Translations under genes and position numbers: made by a program
Notes under the pieces: generated by a model
Told to the model about the DNA's origin: nothing
Database searches by the model: none
The model's input: the letters and a program-made list of their open reading frames with translations, nothing else
Part shown: in pieces, positions 44,546 to 58,282 of the stretch
How positions within the stretch are numbered: position 1 is the first letter of the stretch
Layout: each line of letters starts with the position of its first letter
Assembly: GCA_951406725.2 (NCBI GenBank)
Contig: OX597832.1
Span: 12,152,001-12,216,000 of the forward strand
DNA from: Octopus vulgaris
Taxonomy: Eukaryota
DNA: 64,000 bases
Direction: 5' to 3'

Positions 44546-44779
44546 TTTGCTGTTAATTTTAATGATGTTATTTTTATGGTGTTCGCATTCTTGTTGTTTT
44601 TGATGTTGATGATGATTATGACGATGATGATGATGATGATGGTTGTGGTGTTGATTGTGGTGTCGGAAGAATTGGAGAGGAAAGGAGTTGACGATGTCTT
44701 TCTCTATGCTTTCGTCTTGCGAAAATAGTAAAAAATAATATATATATATATATATATGTATATGTATATATGTATATGT

Positions 44780-44854
<75 letters not shown>

Positions 44855-44857
44855 TAC

Positions 44858-44894
<37 letters not shown>

Positions 44895-47707
44895 CACATA
44901 TATATATATATGCAAAATATGTGAAAGAAAGATGAAAAGAGGGGTAAAGATGAAAACTTTGATTAGACTATCAGAAAGGTGTGCTGTAGAGGAGGGGAGA
45001 TGGGGAAACAGAAAGAAATTTAAAGATAGAATAGAAATGAAATGAAGTGACAGCACACGTATACACTATAACACACACATATACACGCGGAAAAATATAT
45101 ACACACACACACACACATATATTTGTGTCGTATACTCACACACGCATAGGCACTTACACACTAAGTTTCGATTAATTAGACATTAGACTAGTGGTGCATA
45201 TTTCTGGCTGGAGGAGATATTAACAGATCACTGAATTCCTACGTTTTTTTTTCCTTTTTTCCCTCTTGTTCTCATTCTCTAATCTTCAGAGATATTTTTG
45301 AATATATTTTTTTATATTTCATTATACGATTATTTTCTTATTATCTGTATTTCTCTCTGTTTATATTATTTTTTTTTTTTTGTAATTTGCTCATTTTTTG
45401 TTCTTTCAACATTTCTTCTGTGAAACTTAAAAATTTAATTTTTTTCTTCGTTATTTGTTATTTATATACCTATTTATTTTTACTTGTGGTTATGTAAATC
45501 TCTCGTGTTCTCACTTCTAGTACGTAACAAACCTATAGACCTTTTTTTCCTTCTTGGCGATGATGCACGTTTTCTTTCATAGATGAAAGTAGACTAAAAT
45601 AAAATCAAGAACATAGTTGTAAATATAAATAATCAAGCAAATAAATTAAAAAGAAAAACAATTAAGAAATCATTTCAAAAAATAAATGAAGCAAACAAAA
45701 AAAAAACCTGTGCATTGCTTAGTTGTAATTACATGTAGGAAAAAATTATAAATAATAAATTTTCCTTTTTAATTTTTATAATGGCGTCTTTAAAATAGGT
45801 GTGAATATCGTTTACGTATTTAGTGAAGGTGTAAAATGGCTTATTATGAAGAAGAAACCATTTCCTACAGCATAAACAACGTAGGTGTTGCTGTTGAATG
45901 TTTTCCATATAGAAGTGAATCTCCAAGTATTGCTTTTCCTCGGTAGATTACCATGTGGACTTATGATGCTCACAGCATCAACATTACAGTGTTGTACTGG
46001 GTTACGTAAAAAATTCAGTATCTATTTCCGATAAATTAATGAAATAATCATGTCATGGAAGTATTATGACGTTCCCTTATAAGAAGCAGTAAAAATGTAT
46101 TAGAGAATACAATCTAAGAAAACTGGATAAGGAATCGTTATATTCGAACAGAAGATGGAATACCTGGTTTCACTGACTTTTGTCACCGTAGCAAATACTC
46201 GAGTTGAAGGGTGAACGGAAGAAGTTAAATTGCTATAATCTAGAATAGGAATCTACGAATTGATGTCAATACTATGGTAACAATGACACATTCTAGGCCA
46301 CGTCACACTGAAGTAATTTGAGAAATTGTTTTCTTCCCTGCATCATGCTGCCTTGTTTTCAAACTTGTTTTCTAATTTTTAATTTGCCTTCTAACTTTCA
46401 GCATATTCTGTTACTCTTAATTTGCTCCCTAAATATCAACGAACTTCGTTGCTTAAAACTTAATCCTAAGCTCTTAATGTTTATCTAGTTTTCAACTAGA
46501 TCTTTACATTTATCTGGCCTTTTGCTTTAACTTGGCCTTTTTGCTTTCAACATTTCCATTTCCTTTCAACGGGTTTTCTAGCAATCGACGACTTCAGAAA
46601 CTTTTAAGATGTTCCTAAACTTACAACAGCTTTTAATGCGATTATAAGCTTTCAACATGCACCCCAATATCCAGATAGCTCCCTAAGAATATACTCCTTT
46701 GACGACGTCACTGAATGTGAGTGTGTGTGTGTGTGTGTTTGTTCACGATGTTGTTATCTTTGCAGTTATTTTTGTAGTTATTGCTGTTGTAGTTGCTAAT
46801 AACGATGACGACTACGATGATGATGATAATGTAGTTGTTGATGAAGAAGGTGTTGATGCTTATGGGGTGGCGGAGGGGGTTAACTTCAAAAGAACCCTTT
46901 TAGAGCACGTGTACGGACTCGAAGTTATAGATTTGCTATTAGTATCTAGAAGTTCCATTAAACAATGTGCCCATGTTTTTAAGAAGAGAAAGTGAGTTAT
47001 TGACAGTTATTGGAGTTATGCGGATAGACCCCCCATCGTCTCGAACTTAGATTCCTGTCTCGGTCAGTCCACCAAACACAATTTAACAGAGTAAAATTCT
47101 CATGATATCATATCCCATTACTCTGATGATTAAACGTCATGATTCTTACCTTGTCGCTAAAATATCTGAACATTTGATTATTTATTCAAAACGAAACATT
47201 ATTGAAACCAGAGAGAACTACAATAAATATCTTACAGTATTTTGTTTCATCCCTCTGTATTCTAAATTCAAACACTGAGTAAGAGAAAGTTGACCTTTGA
47301 TCTCCTTATATTTGATCTCTCAACTGGCAATGAAATTATCCCCTGTAATATATACCGGAATTACTTCAGTCAGCGCGACAAAGCAATCCACGCCACAAGA
47401 ATGTGTGTTTGTATCTAAGCAATCGATATTTACATATCGATTTCTGTGTTTCCTTTCTTTCCTTTTTTTCTTCTTCAGTTACGTATCTAACTGATAAATG
47501 TGTTTGCTACATCAATGAAAAAGAAAAGAAGCAGAGTCACATTGCTAACAATTTTATTAATATTCGTTTTCTCATTCGAAGCAAAGTAAAAAAGACGTTG
47601 TTGTTTAGCCATCGGTTAACCTTCATAGAGTAAGTAGACTTGTGATCAAAATACTTCGACGGTAATGATCCCATCCATCTTAGTATCAGGTAATATACTT
47701 AAGAATA

Positions 47708-48010
47708 TCTTTATATATAAAAGTGAAGTTTTGTGTCTGTCTCCTACGATTTAGATTCCTAACTACTCCCACATTTTGCGGTGCAGTTTAACCAAAAGCG
47801 GGTATCTTATAGTCGTGATTCATATCGAGCCCTTCTGTGCATTAGCGCGCGTCTACGATGAGTCTACGATTCAAAAAAAAAAATTACCATAATTTTTCCG
47901 CATTTTTAATGCATTTTCGCTCGGTTTATATAAGGGAAGTAACTCTCTATAAATAATCTTATATAATTATTTCCCTTACAAACCCGAGCAACGCCCGGTG
48001 ATACTGCTAG
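47708..48010 (+). mobile_element. Non-autonomous Helitron (303 bp)
   Basis: A|TCTTTATATATAA ... cccgagcaacgcccgg ... CTAG|T; no target-site duplication; homologous to 40496-41008. Confidence 0.9.
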
Positions 48011-48264
48011 TTCAAATATATATAAAGGCGGCAGTGAATAGTTTGAGAGACATTTGGCTGCTATTTGTAGCCTGACGAGCGATGATGTTGCTCGTAGAGT
48101 GTTCAAGTAGACACGGTAATAAGAATGAATCGAGAGGTGTCAAGTGATTTAGGTTGAAAATTAGTTGTGGGAGAGATAATGTAGCTCAATAAGACACAAA
48201 TCTGCCCAATTTTTGGGTCTTAAATGTGATTAGTATTTAAAACCTGGATTACTGGGCAATATTA

Positions 48265-48521
48265 AAAATATGTTCCTTCTCGAGCCATGCCAGGCTCATA
48301 AGGGCCGGTTTCCCGGTTTCAGTGGCGTACGAATCCCCCACCTGGATGAGACGTCAGTCACTCTCAGGATTACTCAATTTTGCCAGTTGTGTGAACTGGA
48401 GCAACGTGAAATGAAGTGTTTTTGCTCAAGAACACGACCCATCGCCCGGTCCTGGAATCGAAACCACAACTTTACAATCATGAGTTCAACACCCTAACCA
48501 CTAAGCCACGCGCCTCCACTT
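48265..48521 (-). mobile_element. tRNA-derived SINE, body B + tail 2
   Basis: Head ggaggcgcgtggcttagtggttaggg matches 6066; tail matches 39501; 10-bp target-site duplication ggcaatatta at 48255-48264 and 48522-48531. Confidence 0.92.
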
Positions 48522-48703
48522 GGCAATATTACTTAGCTGTTTTAGCAGATTTAGAAAGGGAGATAATTCCTTGCATACCGTAGAATAATTGAGTTACTGT
48601 TAACAATTTCAATGCGGAGAACTGGAAAAGTCTTAAATATACGCGACCTAACAGTTATGTTTATATATATTAGTAATTGCCCCATAACACAAGAAACAAT
48701 ATT

Positions 48704-48706
<3 letters not shown>

Positions 48707-48765
<59 letters not shown>
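48707..48765. repeat. (GA)n microsatellite
   Basis: Directly visible; another lies at ~50216-50272. Confidence 0.97.
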
Positions 48766-48767
<2 letters not shown>

Positions 48768-48869
48768 TTATATACACAATAATTTGAACTTGTTTAAGTA
48801 ACAAGTAGATATTTTAAAGAAAAGGAATCACTCTAGTTAAGCATTTCCATAACGGAATTCATTCTTACA

Positions 48870-48990
48870 CTAAAGGCACATGGTCTGAAATTTTGTGGGA
48901 GGGGATTAGTCGTTTAAATAGATCCTAGTATTACACTGGTACTTAATTTATTGACTCTGAAAGACTGAAGGGCAAAGTCGACCTCGGTGC
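48870..48990 (-). mobile_element. SINE group C 3' fragment
   Basis: actggtacttaatttattgactctgaaagactgaagggcaaagtcgacctcgg is the reverse complement of the group C core. Confidence 0.75.
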
Positions 48991-49749
48991 CTCCAAAGAG
49001 CTTTCTGGAGTTAAATTCATTTCACTCGATTTTCATTCGACATAGTGACAGAGATTTTGTTTTGCCACATCACCTGAAGTGTGAATCGTATCACACAGCT
49101 GTGCTCATGAACTTTAGCATTACTTTTCTGTTTGATATGCCTACGTATTGATATATGGATTTCAGTTAATGTCAACGAGGTTATTTAATGTTTTCACTTT
49201 CAATAATTCCAAAATCATATTAAAATCACGTGTGTTTATTTTAATAGTGTCTGAATTTCAGAACAATAACATAGCGAGTGCTGATATATCGTAGAAATCA
49301 TTTCCAAAAGATTTAATTTTGTTAAAAATTAGTCTGCACCTCACAGCTTAGTAGCTTAGAGTTCACGTCAATGACCATAAAATATGGATTGAAGAGGTGT
49401 TTGATACGAAGAGTCATATATACTATATATTTCATATTCAGCATTTGCAACATATATAGTTAAAACTATATTTATAAACAGACCTATTCACTAAAGTAGG
49501 TTGATTAATCGCTATTTGTAGACAAGTTTTATTGAGACTAAATTATGCAGTGAATATTCCAGTATCTTGCTGGTAGTATCGTACAGCTGTATAATGAAAG
49601 ATAGTACTCTGTGCTCCAATATTATCATGGGAACAGCAATCAATAGATTTTGATAGCCTCATATGATATATCTGACTGTCGCATGCGCTACCTTATCCAA
49701 AATTCCGCCACCGATGTGGGTGCCCATGTGTACGTGTTAACACACAGTC

Positions 49750-49809
<60 letters not shown>

Positions 49810-49942
49810 TTATATTTATATATGTATGTATATATGTATATGAATATTTGTGCAAAAAATATGTTATATATATGAAAACATTTATGTGAATGAATATACA
49901 TATATATAATGTATGAGGTTGTATGCATATATGTATGTGTGT

Positions 49943-50151
49943 TTAGCACTCCGGGCGAAATGCGTAGCCGTATTTCGTCTGCCGTTACGTTCTGAGTTCA
50001 AATTCCGTCGAGGTCGACTTTGCCTTTCATCCTTTCGGTGTCGATAAATTAAGTACCAGTTACGCACTGGGATCGATGTAATCGACTTAATCCGTTTGTC
50101 TGTCCTTGTTTGACCCTCTGTGTTTAGCCCCTTGTGGATAGTAAAGAAATA
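49943..50151 (+). mobile_element. SINE group C monomer (lacks first ~20 nt)
   Basis: Near-identical to the first monomer at 51821. Confidence 0.93.
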
Positions 50152-50213
50152 TATATGTATGTGTGTCCATATAGGTGTATATATGTATATATAGAGAGGT
50201 AAGATAGATTGAT

Positions 50214-50273
<60 letters not shown>

Positions 50274-50446
50274 ATATATTACAGTAAACTGTGTTTACGA
50301 AAGTAACATATAGGCGATATATCCTGTTCATGATGCCCACACGCTTTGATCAATCACCCAAGTAAATTATTGTAAACAATTTTTCTCAACCTCACATTGG
50401 CACAACACTGCGCACTCCCCACCCCACTTAAGAAAGGGAAAACTCC

Positions 50447-50478
<32 letters not shown>

Positions 50479-50929
50479 GCAATACAAGGAATACTAACTT
50501 CCAACACGGCCTGGAAGAGAAAAGATAGGCTTATAACAAAAAAAGTATCCACGCAATTATATCGTTGCGAAGAAAAAGGCTGCTGAAATGGAAACGTATT
50601 GAGAATAAATTAAGCGTTCTCGTTCATTTTGTTTACTGATAGGGAACACCTGTCTCTGTGTGTATAATAGTCACATCTACAGCAGTTGGATGGATTCGTG
50701 TCTGAGTTAACACTATCCGTTCTTTTGTTTTTGTTCGAAAAGTATGTGTTTACATCACTCCTATAGATAGGCTCTCCTAATTGCCAAACAAACGCTGGTT
50801 TCTTTTTTTTTCTGTTCTTTATTTAGTATTATTATTATTATTATTGTTTTGGTTTCTTTTTTCTTTTTCTCCCGATAGCAGCCGGGTATGGGAAAAAAAC
50901 GCGTGTGTTTGTATTTGCATTGTCGTCTT

Positions 50930-51330
50930 ATCTCTGGTAAAATGATGCTGATGGTGTTCAGGCTGCCGTTGCAGATGATGATGGTAGAGTAAGTTTTGGT
51001 AGCGTCGGTGGGGCCGTTGGCTCTGGTGATCTTCGTAACAGTGGTGGTAGTGGTGCTGATAATGGCGTGGCTGTCGACGACGATAGTAATGATTAAAATC
51101 ATGATAATGGCGATGTTTTTAATAGGGATTAGGTTGGTGGCGGGAATGATAATAGTGGTACTATATACGGTAGTGGCAGCGTGGTGGTGGTCATCGTGCA
51201 AGTGTTGTTGTTGATGATGATGATAATGATGATGATGATGGTGGTGGTGGTGATAAACATGTATACGAGTGCAGAAACAGCGGTTACTATCGCGGCAATG
51301 AAGACTACCGCAGCAATGAGGCTGACTAGA
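50930..51330. repeat. Decayed trinucleotide-derived low-complexity tract (GAT/GGT/GGC)
   Basis: 3-nt periodicity grading into pure (GAT)n(GGT)n at ~51205-51255. Confidence 0.8.
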
Positions 51331-51820
51331 TTTAAGCCAATTGATGTACCACTAATGACTTTGCCTTAATGACTTTCCATGCACAATATGAAAGATGATT
51401 GTTGCTACTTCGTGCCATCCATCCAATCCTTTTTCATAACCAACAAACATAGCAGCGATGCACTTCAAATTCATGGATGAAGCACTTTTATTAGTATAAA
51501 TATGAACCAACATTGTAGTAATAATATACAAATAGGTGAACAGATGTGATTATCAAGTTCTGAGTTTTAACGTGTAAAGCCTTCACAATGTCATCGAGTT
51601 CAAGCTATGCCTAACGGACCCTTATTTACAGCAGCATCTAGGGTCGCAACTCTTGTTTCAGGATAACATATTTCATCTTTAACGGTTGCTGTAGAAGCCT
51701 TGGAAATCTTTTGGACTTGGGACATTTTTCATTGACTGAGCAATGGAAAGATATATAAAATTGAATTGAAATAGCCATGCCTAAGTCCAAAATAATTTAG
51801 GTTTTGATTAGGTAGTACGC

Positions 51821-52236
51821 GGGTGGCGAGCTGGCAGAAACGTTAGCACGCCGGGCGAAATGCTTAGCGGTATTTCGTCTGCCGTTACGTCCTGGAGTTC
51901 AAATTCCACCGAGGTCGACTTTGCCTTTCATCCTTTCGGGATCGATTAAAGAAGTACCAGTTACGCACTGGGGTCGATGTAATCGACTTAATACGTTTGT
52001 CTGTCCTTGTTTGTCCTCTCTGTGTTTAGCCCCTTGTGGGTAATTAAGAAATAGGTATTTCGTCTGCCGTTACGTCCTGAGTTCAAATTCCGCCGAGGTC
52101 GACATTGTCTTTCATCCTTTCGGGGTCGATTAAATAAGTACCAGTTACGCACTGGGGTCGATGTAATCGACTTAATACGTTTGTCTGTCCTTTTTGTCCC
52201 CTCTGTGTTTAGCCCCTTGTGGGTAGCAAAGAAATA
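51821..52236 (+). mobile_element. SINE group C dimer (second monomer from ~52054)
   Basis: Same architecture as 28725; possible 6-bp target-site duplication agtacg at 51814-51819 and 52237-52242. Confidence 0.93.
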
Positions 52237-54024
52237 AGTACGGCCGGCATTTACTCAGGTTCTGAGTAAGCAATAGCGCAAGGTTGCACATAATTTAGCA
52301 TATTAAACTACTTTACTTATTCTGTTAAACTGCTTGCATGATTACAACATATGATTTTCGCGAAGAACAAAGATTTGTATCACACCTCGTATAATTTTAT
52401 TTAATAAGTTATAAACAGAGAAATGGTGGCGACTAGTGGAACCTGAGAGAGAAATTATCTCTAGCTTTGAAATAATATGCGTAAATATTGTTGTTTATGT
52501 TGAATATATTTTTGAACTAAACGTAAACCAATCTACCTTCTGTTCAGACAGTGTGTACGTAGGAAAATATTATCTCCTAATGACCATCTTAATTTATGAT
52601 TGCTGAATGTTATCTGAATGAGTTCATGCAGTAATATAATTTTTAATAAATTGATAGGCCGATTAGAGCTGGGCTTTAAAAAAAAAATGTTTTTAGCGAT
52701 GAGAATAAAAATCAGCAGAAAACACTACACAGTGTTTCAATAAATTTTAATTTTTACCAGTTTGTTATTTATACTCAAATCATTATTAATGAAATCATTC
52801 ATTAAACATTTTTAATTTGAAAAATGTTTCTTACATCGTAATATTAATTATGTATTGCACGAAGTTAGGTGGGAATTGACATCATTCTGATATATAGACA
52901 AATATTTCTATATTTTAATGAAAATAAAAAAAAAAACAATATATTTATTACTAAAATAATGCTACTTTTAAATGCAGAGAATTGATGGAATCGTTCGGGT
53001 CTCACTGGGCTTGTTTCTGCTGTCTACGCACCGAATTCTGACCCCACTAAGATGAAATATGCCTGTCATCATTTCGGGGTCGATAACAAAGGTATCAACC
53101 AAAGGCGGTGAAATAGTGAAATCTTTAGTGACTGGTGAAATTCCTCACCCTACTTGTCCCAGCTGTTTGTCTTTTGACAGAAGCGTCTAAGGGTATACTG
53201 GTCCTTTAGGAAAACATCAGATGCGCAGAAAAATTTAATTTGCATTCATTAGACTTGCCAAAATGTCTTTAGTTCAACTGCACGAAGATACATGTACAAA
53301 CGCATGGCTATCATCGAGACTCTACATTTATACTAAATTTATAAGGAAAATTTTGAAAACATTATACAAATTCTTATTTCACTACTATTAAAGCTGGTTT
53401 TGACTTGTGAGGTTTTCGAACGAGTCCCTTTCATTCCAGCACTGACAATGGAATATTGTCGGTAATAAACCAAATCACACCACTAAAAGTACAATATAGA
53501 AATATCATCTTATATAGTACATAGAAAAATAAACACCACACATTAGAATAAGCAAATCACAAAAGCAGTAAAAGTGTTATGTTTGCACGATTAGTGATAT
53601 TACGCGCAGGAAAAGAAAAGCCCAAAATAGACGCATGCGCTTCAAGCTATAAATATTGCTCACTTCTGGTACAAAAAGTCTTTTGTTAGTCATTGATTGT
53701 GCTCTAATTTACCAACAAATATAAACAAAAAGCAGACATCGTTATATCTATACAATTTAAATATTTAAGCAAGTTGTTTTACCTATGACATTCACAACTG
53801 ATCATTTCTATTTCTATGTGTAATTGTGCATATATAATGAGTAGGAGAATATATACTCTGCAACATGCACACATGAATACACTCACATAAGTATGTATGC
53901 ACGTGTATGTGTGTGTGCGTGTGCGTGTATTTGTGAGTATCTGTGTACATGTGAGTGAGTGTATAAAGCAATTTATACATATACGTCTGTGTATTAGTAT
54001 ATAAACACACATAAACACACACAC

Positions 54025-54033
54025 ATATATATG

Positions 54034-54081
<48 letters not shown>

Positions 54082-54108
54082 CAAATATATATAAATATAC
54101 ATATATAT

Positions 54109-54170
<62 letters not shown>

Positions 54171-54171
54171 G

Positions 54172-54212
<41 letters not shown>

Positions 54213-54240
54213 CAAATATATATAAATATACATATATATG

Positions 54241-54301
<61 letters not shown>

Positions 54302-54302
54302 G

Positions 54303-54361
<59 letters not shown>

Positions 54362-54362
54362 G

Positions 54363-54403
<41 letters not shown>

Positions 54404-54591
54404 TATATATATATACATACATATACATATAAATATACATATATAAATGCATATATATATATATACAAATATAAATACACATATATATATATATATATAC
54501 AAATATAAATACATATATATATATATATATATATACACATGTATATATATATATATATAAATATACACACATATATACATACATACATATA

Positions 54592-54630
<39 letters not shown>
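54025..54630. repeat. Higher-order TA-based minisatellite
   Basis: Unit tatataaatatacatatatatgtatgtgta(ta)n repeated about five times, with ttacaaa and ttta variants. Confidence 0.93.
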
Positions 54631-54632
<2 letters not shown>

Positions 54633-55860
54633 GAGAGAGAGAAAGAGACAGATAGTTTTGTGTACTTTTTTACTATTTATGTATGTGTGTTTGTCTAGCC
54701 TTATATATTTGTTCGTGTCTTGCCTACTAACACGGACACGAATGAGAACGTTTATTAGTTCAGTTATATTCTCTTTGATGTTGTAATATCCTCCTTTTTT
54801 ACATAGCGACAGTGTAAATTCAAGTAGCTTTAGAAGGTAAGCATTAACGAATAAAAATTATCTTCAAAAGGTTTTAACCTCACGTATACCCTACTACTAA
54901 GAACGAACGAGGATACATAGAATGATAATGAATTCCCATCACCACCCAACGTCTTCCACTTCATAGCAAAAAAAAAAATGAAAAAAAAAAATATAAGAGA
55001 AATTTACGTACAAAAATAAGATATCGATAAACATAAACACAATATGTCTGCTTGATTCACGTTCAAAGTCTAGTGGTGTACATACATAGCTGTCAGCATT
55101 ATATGTATGCTTATATAGCGATAATATGAAAACCGAAGTCGTGTTCGTCTTCAAGATGAAGGAGTATGATTCGAGGGATATTTGTCTAGTATTGCTTACA
55201 GATCATGGGAAGAAGCACCTTCATCAATTCAGTGTATTTGTATATGGGCAAAAATACCACGTGTAACTGTAATCAACTAAGTATTTTAAGCTGGCTTTCC
55301 AGTATTGCAGCAACGAAATGACTAACACTAGTTTAAAATCTACTTAGAAAATTCAGAACGCAACTAACATACTTTTGCGAATAGATAAAACGAAGGGAAA
55401 AGAGACCACGGGGTTGTCGTTTACCTCAAGCATAAGTGAAATCACTATCTTATTTTCCTTTGCATTGCCGAAGATTAAAAGCTTAGCCTCCAAACATATA
55501 ACAGCAGATAAGCCTTAGTGGTGTCGAATTATCAAGCCGATTAACTCTTGTTGCCTCAAAACTTCTTCCGTTTTCCCATTATTCTGAAATTTTTGGAAAT
55601 GTATACGTATTGGCACCTAACATATTTTGTAATTCCAGCAAGTTAAATAATTTAGTTTTCATTCTTCTATTTAAATATCTATCATTTCATGAACATTTTC
55701 ACTAGGACATATGGTTAAAATGTTCAGTCAGCGATCTTACGGTTCTGTATTTGGTCCAATGTCAGGGTATCAGGGGCAAACATTTTCCAACTTACACTCC
55801 TGTTGCACAATACAATATAGTGAATATTTTTTGGCGAGTGGATTATCATTATTATTATTA

Positions 55861-56272
55861 GTAGTTTCATATACACTCAGCAGATTAGACTGTTGGAAAA
55901 GAAAACATATCCTAACATCGGGTTACAACGTGTAACCTTAGATTTCAAAGACCTGCCTATTGGACTATAGCAAGTAACCTTAGATGCCAAGAACCATCCA
56001 AAGTATCCTAGCTGTCCCTAGTAACACTGTTTTCTGCAGCTGCACTAAACTGGGTTTTATGCCTACTTCCTCTATTCATCTGTTCAAATCTTTAGGGGGT
56101 CGTTCCTAATGCATCTATAACTACTGGGATACATTTTATCCTCACTTTCCATAGTCTCTGTAATGTAATAGATAGATCTTAGTACTTAGCTATTTTTCTA
56201 TACTTCTCATATTAATGGTTTCATCATTTGGAACTATATAGTCAATTATCTGGCACATTCTATGCTCTTTAT

Positions 56273-56320
<48 letters not shown>

Positions 56321-57340
56321 TAACAACAACAAAATCAGGCCTTCTAGCTTCTACTACACTATCAGTCTGAAATTTGAAGTCCTACAATATATTGTATTTC
56401 TTACTTTCTAGTATTTTACTAGGTACATGTTCATAATATTTATCAGTATGTTCATTCCACGTAGCTCCCAGTAGATTACTCCTTCCAGTTTGTCATGTCT
56501 CCCCGTGTATTCTTTCTGTGCCAGCACGCTACATTCACTTACTATGCGAGTAACGCTTTCCTCTTTTTATTTGCATAATCTTCATTGGAAATCTATTTGA
56601 GTTTTGTCAATCTTGGCGTTCAACAAATTAGTCCTTAATGCTTGATCTTGTGCAGTAACTAACAAACTTTCTGCCTTCCTCTTCAGTTTTCCTTTCTGCA
56701 TCCATAACCATGTCTCACTACCACTATTTGCTGAAACCGATCTACTACCTTCTATTACCCGTCATATAATTTCTGTTCTTTTTTTTCTGGTTTTTAAGTT
56801 CGTTTGTGTTTTTGGTTTTTCTTATGTCTTGCTGTGACTCTTGTAGCTTTTAAACTTTCTTCACTATTACCTACATAGAAGTATATATCTACTCTAACTA
56901 ACTCCACGCAGTCTTCTACTGATATTAGCCCCATCCTACCTTCTTTTCTAGATAAGTATAATCTTGCTACTTCTCCTCTTGGGTGAAATCCTCCATTCAT
57001 ACCGAACTCCTGCCTAGTTCTTCTGTCTAGCTTGGCTAATTCAGTTTTTATTCAATTTACAAAGGTTGCAGAGTCTCTAATTAATTATACTGCCCGAGTA
57101 TTTACAGCCTTCACTAGATTCGGACTATTTAGCTTTAACTTCATTATTTTCCTAATTTTTCTGAATTATTCCTTCTCTGTTTTCGTTTACATTTCTGTAG
57201 TTAGTGCCTTGTCAGATTCTAACACTACTAGAGGCTTATAACTCTGTCCTCCTTTCAATAATTTTAATATCTGGCCATCAGGTAATTTGATGCCTTTGCT
57301 GTTGACTAACTGTCCCCTTCTCATGACTAATATTGAACAT
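55861..57340 (-). mobile_element. Decayed R4/Dong-clade non-LTR retrotransposon (RT C-terminus to 3' end)
   Basis: Minus strand: SYKPLVVLESD (YKYLG-like), MNGGFHPRGEVARLYLSRKEGRMGLISVEDC, LLVTAQDQALRTN, DFKFQTDSVVEARRPDFVVV, LQKTVLLGTARIL; ends in (TAA)n at 55845-55860. Confidence 0.9.
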
Positions 57341-57351
57341 ATAGATTATAC

Positions 57352-57393
<42 letters not shown>

Positions 57394-57539
57394 TGTACGT
57401 TTATATCTCGCAGTGTGTAGCGGCTGGTAAAACAGAACGGCAATATGCGTCCTGGGTTTGCTGTCATAGTCTAAATACTTAAGGACCCTATTCTACCCTG
57501 TCTATTGTTCTAAGACTGAAATGCTTAATAGAACAATAT

Positions 57540-58130
57540 GCATTTCATATACTTAGCCGTTATATCCTTAAACACATTCATTTCTATTTGCCTCGCGGAG
57601 TATCACGATTTCGTAAGGAAGTCTAACATCTTAGTCGTTCACACATTTATTTATATATCATTACAAAACTATCAAAAACAATGCTTCATCATGCTCTGTA
57701 TTTTTAATATGCATAGGCTTTCTTCCCCCCATTACTTCATCATTGCTTTCATTTGCCACAATCCATTGTTATTGCCATTCACATTTATACATTTATTAAT
57801 TTAAAATACAAGTCTTACATTTCACTATTCAAATGTTCTATTCTTAAATTTTTCTATTCTTGTAGGTTTTTATTCATTCTTCTCAGCATGATATTTTTTC
57901 ATATAATTTTCTTGTTTGATTTACATCATTATTTTTACTATGTCAAAAGATAATTACCATTTCTTCCTTAACTCCATATAATATATATCTTTGGTAATCC
58001 ACCTTTCAACACAGCTTTACTTATATATATTCCTTCGGCATTTCGGACTTTCCTATTAAATATATTCCTCTGTATTTTGTTTACTGTCCATCTCTTTTCC
58101 CTCCTTGGACGAAATACTTCTTTATCATTC
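57540..58130 (-). mobile_element. Possible very old APE-type LINE relic
   Basis: Strand-asymmetric A-rich sequence with CINVNG and a frameshifted IQ(E)H-like motif on the minus strand; weak. Confidence 0.25.
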
Positions 58131-58232
58131 ACTGATATCTCATAATGTATGTTTTGTGTAAATACACACGCGCCCGCAGACGCACAAGTATATATATCTT
58201 TTATTTTTCATATATATCATATAATGTATATT

Positions 58233-58282
<50 letters not shown>

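Noticed and set aside
45770-46200. Possible Tc1/mariner relic
   Set aside because: Only vague TIR-like and GIxxxxxRW-like hints; no matching second end or DDE motif.
50996-51369. Transmembrane-looking ORFs
   Set aside because: Hydrophobicity comes from the decayed GTG/ATG triplet repeat.
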